Below the pieces are notes generated by a model. That model worked only from the letters and a program-made list of their open reading frames with translations, made no database searches and was not told the origin of the DNA. DNA of 62,812 bases, counting the filler, from Octopus bimaculoides (lineage: Eukaryota), in the NCBI RefSeq assembly GCF_001194135.2. It is 6 parts of 5 records of this genome, joined end to end, with 100 filler letters (N's around TTAATTAATTAA, not from the genome) between each part and the next. Parts side by side here need not be neighbours in the genome. Positions count along the whole stretch, not along the records: positions 1 to 13,540 come from NC_069004.1; 5 more parts are not named here. One strand, written 5' to 3'. Position numbers and translations under genes: made by a program. Shown here piece by piece: positions 1-13,443 of this stretch (positions within the stretch are counted from its first letter, which is position 1; every line of letters starts with the position of its first letter).

Positions 1-110
1 ATATATATATATATATAGCCTGGTCCAGTCGCTGGCTCTCTAGAGCTCAGTCAAACCATCCAACCCATGCAAGCATGGAAAACAAACAGCAAATGATGAT
101 GATATATATA

Positions 111-948
111 CTAGCAATAATATCATCGATCGGATAATTACTTTTACTGTTTCTTGGGCTGAGAAGCTAGTAAAATGGGTATATCATATAGAAGAATAGC
201 TTTATGGAATCCAGGTGACTGCTCAATAGCACTGAGAAGGCAACAGGTGAAGTGAAAGACCCATTTGTCACGGTTTCTTTTGACATTTGAATAGGCCAAA
301 GGGAATTGAAAAATTCAGTTTCAAATGTGTACCAGGGTGAGACTATAACTACAGATTTAGGTTTACTTGTCTTGTATGTGTGTATTATATAAGAGAAAAA
401 CATGTAATAATTGAAGTAGGAAAAAGATGGATTTCATATATGAACTTCTGTTTGTTCTTCAAGTTGCAATCCAGCGATTTTTAGTGTTTGGCCTTGAGTT
501 TTATTAATGCTCATGGCAAAAGAAAGTGGGATAGGAAACTGTAATGGCTTAAATTGGAATGGGACATTAGATGATATAACTGGTATGCAAGAAACGAAGA
601 CAGTGTCACGTTTACCACGACCAGTGAGAATATTTGTCTCCATGCAATTCCTCATAGGTTTGTGCACGATTAGTGTTGTACCATTGCACAATTTTTGTTG
701 AGACAAATTAGGCAGTATTATAATAGGAGATATAGAAAAAGTATAATAGCTTCCCTTGATCCATTTACTTTCATTTTGGTGGACAAACAAACACACAAAC
801 GGACAGAATTTCTCTTTTATATATATAGACAAGATATAAGATAAGAAGAAAAAGCATAATAGCTTCCCTACATAAGAAGAAAAAGCTTAAAAGTTTCCCT
901 TGAAATATTTACTTTCATTTTGGAGGACAAACAAATGGACAAAATCTC

Positions 949-979
<31 letters not shown>

Positions 980-980
980 C
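111..980 (-). mobile_element. Internally deleted Helitron
   Basis: The - strand has 5'-type ends TCTATATATATAAAAGAGAAATTCTGTCCG at 829, duplicated at about 917-980. A candidate 3' end CTAG|T lies at 114-110. An internal helicase remnant is present. The 3' hairpin is weak. Confidence 0.7.
450..735 (-). pseudogene. Helitron PIF1-like helicase C-terminal fragment
   Basis: SPIIILPNLSQQKLCNGTTLIV...IPVISSNVPFQFKPLQFPIPLSFAMSINKTQGQTL matches the conserved LCNGT...FKRLQFP...FAMTINKSQGQTL helicase motifs. Confidence 0.9.
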
Positions 981-1458
981 ATAAAAATCCAAACTGAGGG
1001 AGCGAAATAGGTAAAATGTACTCTAGATATGTTTCTTAACTAGCTCGTAATGCAATTGTTGTGCAATGAACTCTACTCAACGTAGCTAATCATTAGGCTT
1101 AGATAACCTTACCAAATATTACATTGTCGCATGGAATTTCTACACCAGCCACAACAAAAAGCCAGTTGTAAAAAATAAAAAATAAAACAAAAGAACCAAG
1201 AAAGTAAGTTTAGAAAACCAATGAGCAATATACCAAAGGGTGAGACCCAAAATATGTGTGTGTAAAAATTATGAAGACGAATAAAGGCCTATTAAATAAT
1301 ATACAAAATACATACTTGATTTATTAAAATTATTACTGCTTCCAGAGGGTAGACCAATTGCTTTATTTTGCTTGGTACTGACTCCAGATGAGAAGGGGAG
1401 ATAATTTGGTTATGTTTCGATATAACTTGAAGACTTGTCAATGACATAGCTGACCCAA

Positions 1459-2343
1459 TCAGCTGTTAAGGTACAGTACTTGGGTAAATACGTAAAAAAT
1501 CTTTTTTTTTTGTGGGTGGAAATGTATGCATTTCGTTTGATGTCAGCATAAAGTGAAAGAGAGAGAAAATGGACAGGGACGTGTGTATATGTTGATGGGG
1601 GGAGGAAAACAGAAAGTGTGTTGTGTGTGTGTGTGTGTGTGAGAGAGAGGTGTTGTTCTGTGTGTGTGTCTGAGGGAGAGAGAGAGTGAAAGCATACATT
1701 TTTTAAAATTTTTCCCTGCATATTTTTTGAGTAATTTTGAGAGAGAGAGAGAGCTGTGTGTTGTCAGAAAATGAGAAAGTGTGTGGTGTGTGTGTGTGTC
1801 AAAGAGAGAGAGAGAGAGAGTGAGTGAGTGAGTGATAGCGTAAATTTTATTTACTTTTCTCACATCTTTTTTTAGTGAGCGTTTGTCTGAGAGAGAGAAG
1901 TGTGTTGTCAGAGAGATGTGTCTTGCTTTGTGTGTGTGTGTGTGTGTGTGTGAGTGAGTGAGAGAGAAAGAGGGGGAGAGAGTGATAGCGTAATTTTTTG
2001 GTTTGTTTATTTAGTTTTTCACGCATCTTTTTTTTAAAGAGTGTGTGAGTGATTGAGAGAAAGAGAGATAGGTGTTATGTATGTGTAAAATGGCTAGGAT
2101 CGGTCACACACGCACACAAACATACGTACACCCACTATCTGCCATATACACGTACATACATAAATACATATGCATACATGTGTTTTATATGTGTGCGTGT
2201 GTGTGAGAGAGAGAGAGTCCCTGTCCATTTTCTCTCTCTTTCACTTTATGCTGACTTCAAGCAAAATATACATTTCCAGCCACAAAAATTAATGAATGAA
2301 ATTTTTTTACAGAATTTACTGAACGCAGTATGGGAACAGCTGA
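1459..2343. mobile_element. Foldback/MITE-like element with long terminal inverted repeats
   Basis: 1542-1580 is the exact reverse complement of 2217-2255 (39 bp). Similarity continues out to TCAGCTGTT (1459) and AACAGCTGA (2343). The spacer is microsatellite. No TSD was seen. Confidence 0.75.
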
Positions 2344-5300
2344 CCTGCGCGCACACGCCTTCGAGTCAAAACGAAAGATTGCCAATTTCAAGAATCAAGA
2401 AATCTCCAAAGTTGATACGAGGACAGCTGCAGTTTTGCGTTCTGACTCAATAGGCGTCATCAGCACAGCAATTGTACGTTATTTTCAGAAAACGAGATAC
2501 GTTGACAAATACCAAAAAGAAGAGTAAAACACGCACATATATACATAGGCAGACAGACTGAGAGACATGTACTATTCATACATACACACACATACGAACG
2601 CAGGTTGCTTTATTTATAATTTTTATGTACGAAACGAAAATTAAATGTACATATTTAGTAGCGTATTACACTTATATTTACAACGAAAAGTGACTGGAAA
2701 GTTATGCCGTTGTTGATTTCGTCTGTTGAGGATTGGGTAAAATGGTAGTAATAGCTGTAACTTGCAGAAAGTCAAAAAATATATATTAACTCTACTTCTT
2801 GTATAGGGTATTTAGTTCGTAAACAAGTGTTTACTCGATTAATAATAAATCTGGCAACGACGTACAAAAGAGGATACTGTAAAACATGTAAATGTACAAA
2901 GTTTTGTTTTGAAGATATTAAATTCAGTGTCTACTGTTTATTGATTTGTAAATAAAATCTAATGTTCTTGTACATACATATTTTAATTTTTACCTAAATA
3001 ATGTATAAAGTGTAGGAAAGTCAATTCAACAAGACAGTAAAAATTTACAAAGCTATAAGACTGTCAATACAGTGCTTTTTATTGATAGACGATAGGACAT
3101 GTCCACCTAAGTTTTTGTTTCTTTCCTGTAAACATCGATGTCTCCTCGAGTTAATTATTGCCTGCGATTGCTCCTGTAGTAACTATTATAAGTAATAATA
3201 TTATAATTACATCATCATTATTTTATCACCACCATTATTAATTACAATCACAATGGATTTAATAAAATAACTGGACATTCAAGTTTCTGATGTACAGGAG
3301 CAAACCGGGATGTTGTGGCGGCGCTCATGTTTTTAATAAGAACATTAGTTATGCTTTAATTGGAGAGAAATGCTTGTGGACTCGTTAAGCAATTTGACCA
3401 AAGGCTAAACAACACCACATTATAGGTTTCTTAAAAAGTACAGGAAACTTCGTTTTTTTTCTTCTTTTTCAGAGAAAGAAAGAAAAAAACACAAAGAAGA
3501 AAATAAGAGGTCATGATGATTGATGCCAACTTTTTACAAGACATTAATGAATCAGTTGTAATTATTTCCAGTTCAAAATCATTATCTCCACTAATATATA
3601 CACAGGGTTCAGACTATGAGCTTCCACAACTTTACCCGCCATCGAAATTAAACTTCTTTGTCTTAAAGCCAACATCTCACTCACTCTCTCTCTCTCTCTC
3701 TCTTATATACACACAAGCACACATTCACGCGCGTGTGAACACAATTCACACAGATACAAGCGTATATAATAGTGTACATATTTATCAATATATGTTATAG
3801 CTATACAATATATACATTCATATATATAGGTAGATTATTTAGACCGAGTGAAATTATATATAATAAATAATGTAGTGCCAAACATCCCTGAAAAAGACAA
3901 AACGTGTACAGCTGGTATGTCTGATCATATATTAGCTCGATCAGGGGCTACCTGGAGTTAATTCATTCGAGACACAAGAGAGCCCTCTAAATGGTTGATT
4001 GCTTGGGTTATTAGAAATAGTTACCAGTTACCCTCAGCTCACACCATACCATATCTTTAATAACGATTCGTTCGTGATACAAGAGAGCCTAAGTGGTTGC
4101 TCAGTGTACTAGAAATAGCAGCCTCTAACGCGCACTGTACTCGCTTTAATAATAGGGAAAGAACACGTCAGGCAATGTTATCCTAATTACATTTTTTTGA
4201 AAAAAAAAAAAATAATAATATAAACGCGGAATGGTCATGACACTATGCCTTGGCTGGGGTTAACCTAGGACTAAACAGCACACATACATACGTACAAACG
4301 GGAAAGAAGATTGATCCTATTTACATGAAAAAAAAAATACCGGAGAACTTTCACCTAATTCTTCCAAATCTTTTTGTTAAAACCGAATTGAAACCATCCG
4401 TGGGGAATTTTTTTTTTTTTTTCCAAAATGTATATCGTCATCCAAATATCTCAGATAAATTTGCCCCAGATCAGCTCTTATTGAGAAAGAACTATGATAA
4501 AAGACGTCCCATCCATGACCACTTCGTCTTTGTTTTCTGATATACTAGGTCCACATCATCAAATATATCTTATTCTAAAGACAAATATGATTTGAGGGAG
4601 ATTTGGCTATTTTTTTGTGTATGTGTTTGCGCTATTTATCAGGAATCTTCCAAAGGCAGTGGAGATGCAGAATCGTTTCTGTGTCGAGCGACTCTGCGTT
4701 ATTTTAGTTCCAACCCCGCAACGGTCAACTTTACCCTTCATCCATCCAAGTATCGATTAAATAAAATAACTGTTAAGTACTGAGCTGATTTATATAATCT
4801 TAACGTGAAAGGAACTATAATTCAAAGATTTAAAACTTTGTCATTCATCCCTCTGGAGTCAAATAATTGAAGTACTAGTCACGTACTGAGGTCAATATAC
4901 ATGTGTGCGTATATACATTCTAGATTTGAAGGAATTTACTAAAACAGTATGAAAAACACTTCAGTGATCGCTCCGAGTGGAAGAAATAACAACCAAATCT
5001 CTATTATCACACACTTTTTTTTTTAATAAATAATGAAGTATTCCATTTTCGGACAACAAATTTAGATACCTGATTTACGAAAAATGTTATCGATGAATGC
5101 TAACGGTTGGAGAGTCTTTGATAAGGTCGGTTTCGATTACGTAGGACTAACATGACATGGGGTCTAAACAATAACAATACGCAACATAAACAAATACTTG
5201 CGTTGCAGTTAAGAAGAAATTGAGATCAGCAGAGAAGAAGTTTTTAATAACTCTCAAATTCGATACTGTAAGCTATTTATTTCATCATCTCAACTGCTCA

Positions 5301-6335
5301 GATGAGCCTTTTCTTTCTATCACCCTCAAAATTTCCAAAAACTGTATCAAATTGAAATGCTCCATACGAACATATGTATGCATGCGTGTGTACAGGCGCG
5401 CGCGTGTACTGTAGTAATGGTTTCGAAAGTAAAGAAACTTTTACTATTAGACGATGGAAGACCAAGAGGCACATTAAAATGAATATAATGATCGACAAGA
5501 TATATGTACATTATGTGTGTGCGCCTCAACACACACATAATATACATATGTATACACTGACTTCTCAAATAAAGACCAGTATAGCAAGGTAAAAATGAAC
5601 AAACTGCGGAAACATGCATACAAACATGTACACAGGCCTTCGTGCATACATATATACATCCACGCACAAGCAGTGCTCCAGCATGGATTCAGCTGGAGTA
5701 TCTAGAACAAAATTAAGAACGTCACCTACAAATACATACATAATACATACATACATGGATAAACACATACATACTAGCTTACAGTGCCCCAGTTTGATAA
5801 AATGAAATGAAGCATATAACATTATACTTAAATAAATACATATATAACATACATACACACACACAGATGTAATGTAGATGTCATCAGCAATGATGTAGAC
5901 AATTATCGGTGTTTTCAACCCAGTTCCCGGTATACATAATTTCGTCGTCCCAGGGGCCGTGGTTCGATTTCCAGTATCAACTTGAAAATCGATTTTATAT
6001 AGTATCGATTATACGATGTTTGTGTATGTGCTTATAATGATGATATTTTGGAAAACACAACTTTTAGAGAATAGAAGAGAGTATATATGAAGAAGGAGGT
6101 CAGGGAAGAAAAGAGAGATGGAGTTGTGGTGACATTAATGCTTTTTCCTAACAATAATAACAAAAGACAATTTTAATTAATTAACCAGTAAAACACAGAG
6201 CAACAACAATGATCGTTTACAATTAAAAAAGCACTATGGTCAGTTATATATGTAGCAAAACGAGAAGTTGTGATGTCCATGCATCTCTCAGAAGCCGCAC
6301 AGCACTATTACTAGTAGTAGTAGTAGAGTACTTAC

Positions 6336-6378
6336 CCCTAAGAAGACCAGTTTTACGTTTCTTACCAACATTTTCCAG
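6336..6378 (-). other. Candidate short exon (43 nt, or 13 nt to the alternative donor) containing ATG, MLVRNVKLVFLG; host gene unknown
   Basis: Donors GGG|gtaagt (exon end 6336) and TTG|gtaaga (6366). Upstream donor ACG|gtgagc at 6618. No AG dinucleotide on the - strand from 6613 to 6381. Confidence 0.3.
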
Positions 6379-7958
6379 CTTGTTTGTTGGTTTACAAGTT
6401 TTGTTTGTTGTTTATTTTAAAGTTATCCAAATTTGTAAACAAACGACGACAATTGCAGATGAGACAGAGGCGGTGTTTGAAATAACGATGATGATGATGA
6501 TGAGTTATGTGGCGAGATAAATAGATATGGGTGACGGGGTGAGCGGAGGTAACGAGACAAAACAACACACAAAGTTGGAGATAGAAGGTAGTGTTAAACA
6601 AGAACGATAGCAGCTCACCGTCCTTCTTTCTGTATAAAACTGTCGGCTTTTGTGTTGTGTTATGTGTGTAGATATGTAGTGTGTGACTGGGATGTGTGTT
6701 TTGTGTTTGTGCTGTGTGTGTAAAATGAGTTGTGTGTCGTGTTAAATGTTGATGTGTTCAAAAAAAGTTTGCAGTTGCTTTCTAGTGGGTATAATTATGC
6801 GTGTGTAATATACCTATATGTGTGTGCGTATTTACAAAAGTGTATCTGCATAGTTGTGTTTTTAAATTAATATATATATATATATACTTATTTATATTCA
6901 TGATTTAAAACATTGTAAGCACCCATCTTTTATTTTGTGGAGATGCATAGCTCTCCATTCCTCCATAAACTTTTGGCTTTTGTGTGCGTTGTTTCGAGAT
7001 GTGCTTAATGTAAATGTTAAAAATGTTTTCAGTTGCTCGCAAGTGGTATAATTATATATATACATGTATGTGTGATGAGAAAGAAAGAGGAGGTTTATAT
7101 CAAAATAACTGTGTATGTTTACATGGTTTGCATACATGTGTGCGTTAATATGTGAATGTGTGTATATAAGTTCTATATATATGTATGTTTATATATATAA
7201 ACATACATACGCATATTTAAAATACGTAGCAATTTACCATGTCCTACTCGTATGTTATATATTAGTAATACAAATATCTTGTTCATCAAAAGTTAGAGTA
7301 TTATATACGTACTTTATGGCAGTAAGTATATCTATGTGTGCTTAAGATTCGTCTGTATAGATATTTATTGTATGTATAAACTTGTATGCATATCTACACA
7401 GGAGCGTGAGTTGAGAAGTGCGTGAACCTACATAAGTACATACATATATATGTGCATGCGTAACTATGTGGTGAATGTATGTGGAGGGTTTTATGTATAG
7501 TTGTGTCCATAAACGCATACGATGTATGCGTGCGTATATGCACTCATATGCGTTTATGAGGGGAGCAAATTAAGAAAAGTACGTATCTTGTTTTGTCGAC
7601 TATTTAATATGAGTCTATGTATATATGTGTTTAGTACGTATAATGAATGCATGTACGTCTTGTTAATGTTTAATTCGCTATTTTAGACGTCATATGTGTG
7701 TGGAAGAGAGAGAGAGGACGGGAGAAAAAGAGAGAGTAATCAGTAGACCGGTCTGAGAACAGGTGCTTATTTTTGTATATTATATCCAGTAACATAACAG
7801 TTGGACAGAGTTCGATAAAATCACCGAGTCGACTAAATTCTTGCAGGAGATGTCCTACTATAGTAACAGTTAAATGACTGAAAACCGTAAAAGAAAATAC
7901 GTGTTCGTATATGTGTGCCTTAGTGTTAGTAGGTGCGCGTATGCGTATTACGTGCCTC

Positions 7959-8209
7959 TAGTGGTTCTCAACCGGGGTCCTTATGACCCTTGGGGGTCCA
8001 TATAAGATTTTACTGTTAAAATTTATCTGCAATGAATTGTTTATACTTGTCTAACGCACAAAATATTCTGATAACTTTTTTCATACAATTATTAATAATA
8101 TTTCATAATAAAAATATAAGATTTTTTTAAACCATCGAATGGCTATGGGGTCCAGCCGAGTGAAAAAGGAATCAAAGGGGTCCACAGACAAAAATGGTGC
8201 GAACAACTA
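7959..8209. mobile_element. hAT-type MITE remnant
   Basis: Starts TAGTGGTTCTCAACC and ends with the degenerate inverse GGTGCGAACAACTA. It has internal ggggtcc motifs, and a related piece lies at about 62620-62690. Confidence 0.5.
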
Positions 8210-8594
8210 TTCTACAGTAATGAAAATTATTAAAATTTAAAATTACTTGAAAGACGGGAGAAAAGAACTGGATACACACATAAATGAAACAGAAATATTG
8301 TCCATTTTATGTTGTGTCAGGACCGTCTTAGCAGCCCAGGGTAATTCACTGCACTGAGCTGATAAGTATTTACTGACAGCAAACCTCTAGACCCTTGAGG
8401 TCCCCAGGCAGCTATCCAATATGCTTAAGACGACATTGGTGTGTGTGACTCCACCCCGTCCGCATTTCCTCATGTTTTGTACTTCTAGTCCTTGTTACTG
8501 TAAAGTTCTTGTTACTGCTCCAGCATGTCCACAGTCAAATTACTAAAGCAAGAATATATATATATATATATAATGTGTGTGCGTGGTATGGTGT

Positions 8595-8978
8595 GGAGGC
8601 GCAATGGCCCAGTGGTTAGGGCAGCGGACTCGCGGTCATAGGATCGTGGTTTCGATTCCCAGACCGGGCGTTGTGAGTGTTTATTGAGCGAAAACACCTA
8701 AAAGCTCCACGAGGCTCTGGCAGGGGATGGTGGCGAACCCTGCTGTACTCTTTCACAACTTTCTCTTACTCTTACTTCCTGTCTCTGTTGTACCTGAAAT
8801 TCAAAGGGTCGGCCTTGTCACATTGTGTCACGCTGAATGTCCCCAAGAGATACGTTAGGGGTACAGGTGTCTGTGGAGTGCTCAGCCACTTGCACGTTAA
8901 TTTCACGAGCAGGCTGTTCCGTTGATTGGATCAACTGGAACCCTCGACGTCGTAAGTGACGGAGTGCCAACAACAACA
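8595..8978 (+). mobile_element. tRNA-derived SINE, family A, full copy
   Basis: tRNA-like head with A box (TGGCCCAGTGG) and B box (GGTTTCGATTCC), a shared body and an (AAC)n tail. Five near-full copies occur in the window. Confidence 0.9.
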
Positions 8979-9312
8979 GCGTGTTGTGGTGGTCACGGAA
9001 GAGAGAAGTACATGTACGTGTGCATTTGCGTAATTGTATACATATGAATGAGTTAATCTGGTGGTCATTGGGAGGGGTGCATGCATGTGAGTGTTGTGGT
9101 GCTTATAGGTACGTTTGCATGGGACACTGGGAAGTTAGCTGGGGACCCTCACGGGACCCAATTCTGATCAATGTGTGCTGTGGCATAGTCAATAAATAAA
9201 TACTATAGGGCTCTAACCAGTGAGTAGCCCCAAGGAAGAGGGGGCTAGAATGCTGCCAATGCAGTCTTATATATATGAGGCATGCAAAGTCATTAGAGCA
9301 TCAAACGAAATA

Positions 9313-10572
9313 TCAGCTCATTAAGAATGAAATGTCCGATTTTGAACTGAAAGTGTATTTTACTTTATCTCAACAAAAAGCAATGCTGTTAATCAAAGTA
9401 TGTACCAAAATTATCAACACAATTTTGCCATTTTATTGGTAGCTTATTATTGGTTGCCAGCAGCAAAGAATTCTGGAGAGCAAGAGGTGATGAAATCATG
9501 AAAGACTGTTTATGCATCTTCTTCAGATTTGAAGTTTTTTTCCTTGCAAAAAGTTGTCTAATGCCTGGAAAATGTGATAGTCAGTTGGTGCAAGATCTGG
9601 TGAATATAGTGGATGACAGAATACTTCTAAGTTCAGTTCCTGTAACTTGAGTAGCGTTCTTTGCATAACATGTGGTCAAGCATTGTCTTGCAAGTGAATT
9701 GGCCTGTCTCTATTGACCAATCTCAGTTGTTTAATTGCAAGTTTACTCATCATTTCATCCAGTTGGTTGTTGTATACATCCGCTGTAATTGACTTACCAG
9801 GTCTTATGAAGCTGTAGTGGATGACACCATTAGCTTTTTTTTGGTGAATATTCTTTTTTGGATTGTGTTTTGGCATTTTGTCTCTATCCAACCACCATGT
9901 AGAACATTTGCTATTGTTGAAAAGAATTCATTTTTCATAACACATAATAATATGATGCAAAAATGGTTCGCTTTTATGCTGAGACAGCAAAGAACAGCAA
10001 GTTTCAAGACATGTCATTTGATACTTGTTCAGTTTGTGTGGTGCCCACTTGTTCAGCTTCTTAACCATGTTGGTTTATTTCAGATGGTCCAATACAGTTG
10101 GAATCAAAACATCAAACCTTGCTGCTAACTCATCTGTAGTTTGAGATGCATCTGCTTCCACTACAGGTTCCAGCTCATCATTATCCACCTTGGTCTCTGG
10201 TCTACCATAGGGCTGATTTTTAAGAGTAAAGTTACAAGGCCAGAACTTCTCAAACCATCAACATAATGAGCGCTCATTCGCCACATTTTCACAAACACCT
10301 CATTGATGTTTTGAGTTGTCTGAGATGCATTGGTTCCACAACAGAACTCATATTCATAAGGATTACAAATTTTTGATCTATCCGTGGGTTCACAAAAAAA
10401 TTTACAAGAGAAAACCCACAATATAATCAGACATCATGAATTGCATTTTGAAAAGTGATGAGATAACTCTTCAATGTCATAAAACAAAGAATTGTCAGGA
10501 TAAAACATTAGAGTTAATGACTGCCAAAATTGGTGCATAAGAAAATCGGATATTTCATTCTTAATGACCCGA
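9313..10572 (-). mobile_element. Full-length, decayed mariner transposon
   Basis: TA-flanked ~31-bp TIRs (TA-tcagctcattaagaatgaaatgtccgatttt and aaaatcggatatttcattcttaatgacccga-TA). The frameshifted transposase has WAPHKL, QDNA and YSPDLAPTDY motifs. Confidence 0.92.
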
Positions 10573-12460
10573 TACTTTGTGGTACAGCTTTCTGAGTTCA
10601 AATCCTGCCTAGTTCAACTTAGCTTTTCATCTTTGCAGGGTTAATAAAAAAACCAATCAAGGGCGATGGAGTAGTAAAGTTGTTAGAATATGGTATTTGT
10701 TGTGGCCTTTTGCACTCAAATCATACCATGGCCTACTTGGCTAATAGATTTAATCTATCACCTGATTTAATAGAACTCACTTGATCTTTGGGTGCTAAAG
10801 ACTTCTAAGGACCAAGAGTCTAATTTGTTTCAAGCATTCAAGACACTTCTTCACACTAGTCTCCAAGGAGACCATTGGCATTGCCCTTCCTTTATAAATA
10901 TAAAGATTTAAAAAAACCCACAAGTGTATATGTTTGTGTGGATATACATATGTATGTTGGCTTGTCTCTTTGTGAGAATATGAAGCAAAGAAGAAGAAAG
11001 AGATAAGTGTTTATGTTGCTGTTTAGTCCCAGGACTTCCTTGACTGAGTTGGCACACTGGGTTAGACTTTATTAATTCTGAAAGACAGGAATTTGAACTC
11101 GAATTGGTAAGAGCCAGAAAAAATACAAAACTTTTTTCTAATACTCTGCTGATTCTGCCAACATGCCATCTTGTGAATTCATTGCCCTCAGTCAAGTGAA
11201 GTGTGAACATTCAAGAGAATTAGGATTTTTTTCCTTTTCAAAACCACTGAATCCACATAAACAATTATATTTCATATATCATCATCTCATCATCAGCATC
11301 ATTCAAAATCTGTTTTCCATGCTGGCATGGGTTGGACAGCTTAACAAAGAGCCAGCAAGGCCAGGGGTTGCACCAGGTTCCATGCTTTGTTTTTATGGTG
11401 GGATGTCATTCCTAATGCCAACTATTTTACAAAATGTCTTGGGTGCTTTTTACATGGCACCAACACCAGTGCATTTTATATGGCACCAGCACCAGTGCAT
11501 TTTACATGGCACCACCATTCACACCATTGCACTTTGGATTTAGGATCTCAATTCTGTTGTGGTGGATGGGTCTTCTTGAGTAAAATAAAATAATGGAGTA
11601 CCTATGTTATGTCTATTCAAGGTATAAAATAGGTATGTTTTAGAATTATTTTAACATTTTGAATTGTCAATAACTTTTTGACACTAACAATTGCATATCA
11701 ACTGATAAAATATATTAGGCATGACTATGTGGCTTAGAAGCCTACTTTGCAACCATATGGTTTCAGGTTCAGTCCCATAGTGTAGCACCTTGGGTAAGTG
11801 TCTTCTATTATAGCACCAGGCAGAACAATGCTTCATCAGGGAATTTGCTAGAGAGGAACTGTAAAAGCTCATCATATGTGCGTGCCGCTGAACCTTACAG
11901 AGGAGATGACAAAGGACTGAGATACCTGGCACTTTGTTGTTCTCAAGAAGATCCATCTTCCACAGCAGAAGTGTTAAAGCCGCATTCTCAGGTTAAGAGG
12001 ATTGGCCTGCAAGAGTCTTGTGTCAGTGCCATGTAAAAGCACTCATGTTGGTGGCGCATTAGAAGCACCCAACACACACTGTAAAGTGGTTGGCATTAGG
12101 AAGGGCATCCAGCTGTAGAAACCAATCCAAATCAGACTGGAAACCTGGTGCAGCTCCCCAGCTTGCCAGCATAGTAAATGGATATGACGCTACGCCTCAC
12201 TGAGGAAAGGACAAGGAACGCTATTTGAAACAGATTTGCAAGCCCATAAAATATTCGTTGGGAGTTAACAATAGTTATCTCTCTTGATCAAACGTTCTTG
12301 AACAATCTAGAACAGTCCAGGTGAACATGGTTAGCTACCCCTTTGCTAAGTTACTAGGTATAACTCCTAAATGACATGCAGGGGGTCGCTAATAGCACCT
12401 CGTCTATTTAAGCATGCACACTCGTTCAAACAATCTCTTTTTTATAATTTCTTCTTCAAG

Positions 12461-12544
12461 ACACAACAAGGTCCACTACAGAAGAGAGAGCCAGGCACAT
12501 GAATTCAATCGCTATGGTATTCTAAGTCTAGTGCCTGGTGGAAA
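12461..12544 (+). other. Candidate 84-nt cassette exon (HNKVHYRRESQAHEFNRYGILSLVPGG), unrecognised product
   Basis: Acceptor tttttataatttcttcttcaag| and donor GAAA|gtaagt. One open frame. No homology recognised. Confidence 0.2.
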
Positions 12545-13398
12545 GTAAGTCTTGTGGTTTGAATTACTTCTACTTACTCAATGTTATCATGGAACATGGC
12601 AAGTTATTCAAAACTTTTTCTTCATCCCAGAGAACTTTATTGAACTTTGTATACTCACTGTATGCATTTGCTTGTCACGCTTTGAAATAAAACCTTGAAT
12701 GTGAAGCTATTCACACAGAATGAGTGTTGTTGTTATTTACTGCACAGAGGTATATATGGCTATTGGTTTAATGACTCAGTCCAATTATTAAAGTGTTGAC
12801 ATTTTTATTACCAACATCCCTTGCTAAACTATACTTGAGAAGACATGTCAAGCTAAGTAAAATCCCTGTCATCCATACACACAAGATTGTCCTTTACAAG
12901 TGCCAGTGGCACATAAAATGTACTTTTGCCAGTGCTGCGTAAATGCACCCACACGGTAGCACATAAATAGCACCCAGCACACTCTGTAAAGTGTCTGGTG
13001 TTAGGAAAGGCATCTAGCCATAGAAACCATGTCACAACAGACAATTGGGGTCTTGAAAGCTCCCTAGCTGGCCAGCTCCTGTTAAACCATTCAACCCATG
13101 CTAGCATGGAAAACAAGCATTAAACGATGATGAGGATACCTATGATGACATATATATTTATATACATATGTATATATATATTTTTTTATTTACTTGTTTC
13201 AATCATTTGACTGCAACCATTCTGGAGCACCACCTTTAGTTGAACAAATCAACCCCAGGACTTATTCTTTGTAAACATAGTACTTATTCTATCGGTCTCA
13301 TTTTGCTGAAGCGCTAAGTTATGAGGATGTTAACACACCAACATCAGTTGTTTTTTGAAAGGAGTAAGTGAAACAAGAAAACACACGAAAATGATTAG

Positions 13399-13443
13399 TG
13401 TCACTGAAGAGGTCACAGATGTGTGATGAAAGATTTCCAGACA
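13399..13443 (+). ncRNA. Decayed hammerhead, family E
   Basis: TGTCA-CTGAAGA-g-GTCACA gatg TGTGAT-GAAA-GATT-TC-CAGACA. Stem I is disrupted next to the core. Confidence 0.55.

Noticed and set aside
3167-3303. 11-bp inverted repeat TTGCTCCTGTA / TACAGGAGCAA
   Set aside because: Too short, with no TSD. It also weakens the 3173 acceptor as independent evidence.
6392-6601. Signal-peptide-like ORF MFNTTFYLQLCVLFCLVTSA
   Set aside because: It starts at TTG with no in-frame ATG and lies in the putative intron.
8595-8670. tRNA-like sequences at SINE heads; repeat-spacer-like patterns
   Set aside because: These are SINE heads without a full cloverleaf. No CRISPR-like array exists, and periodic patterns are microsatellites.
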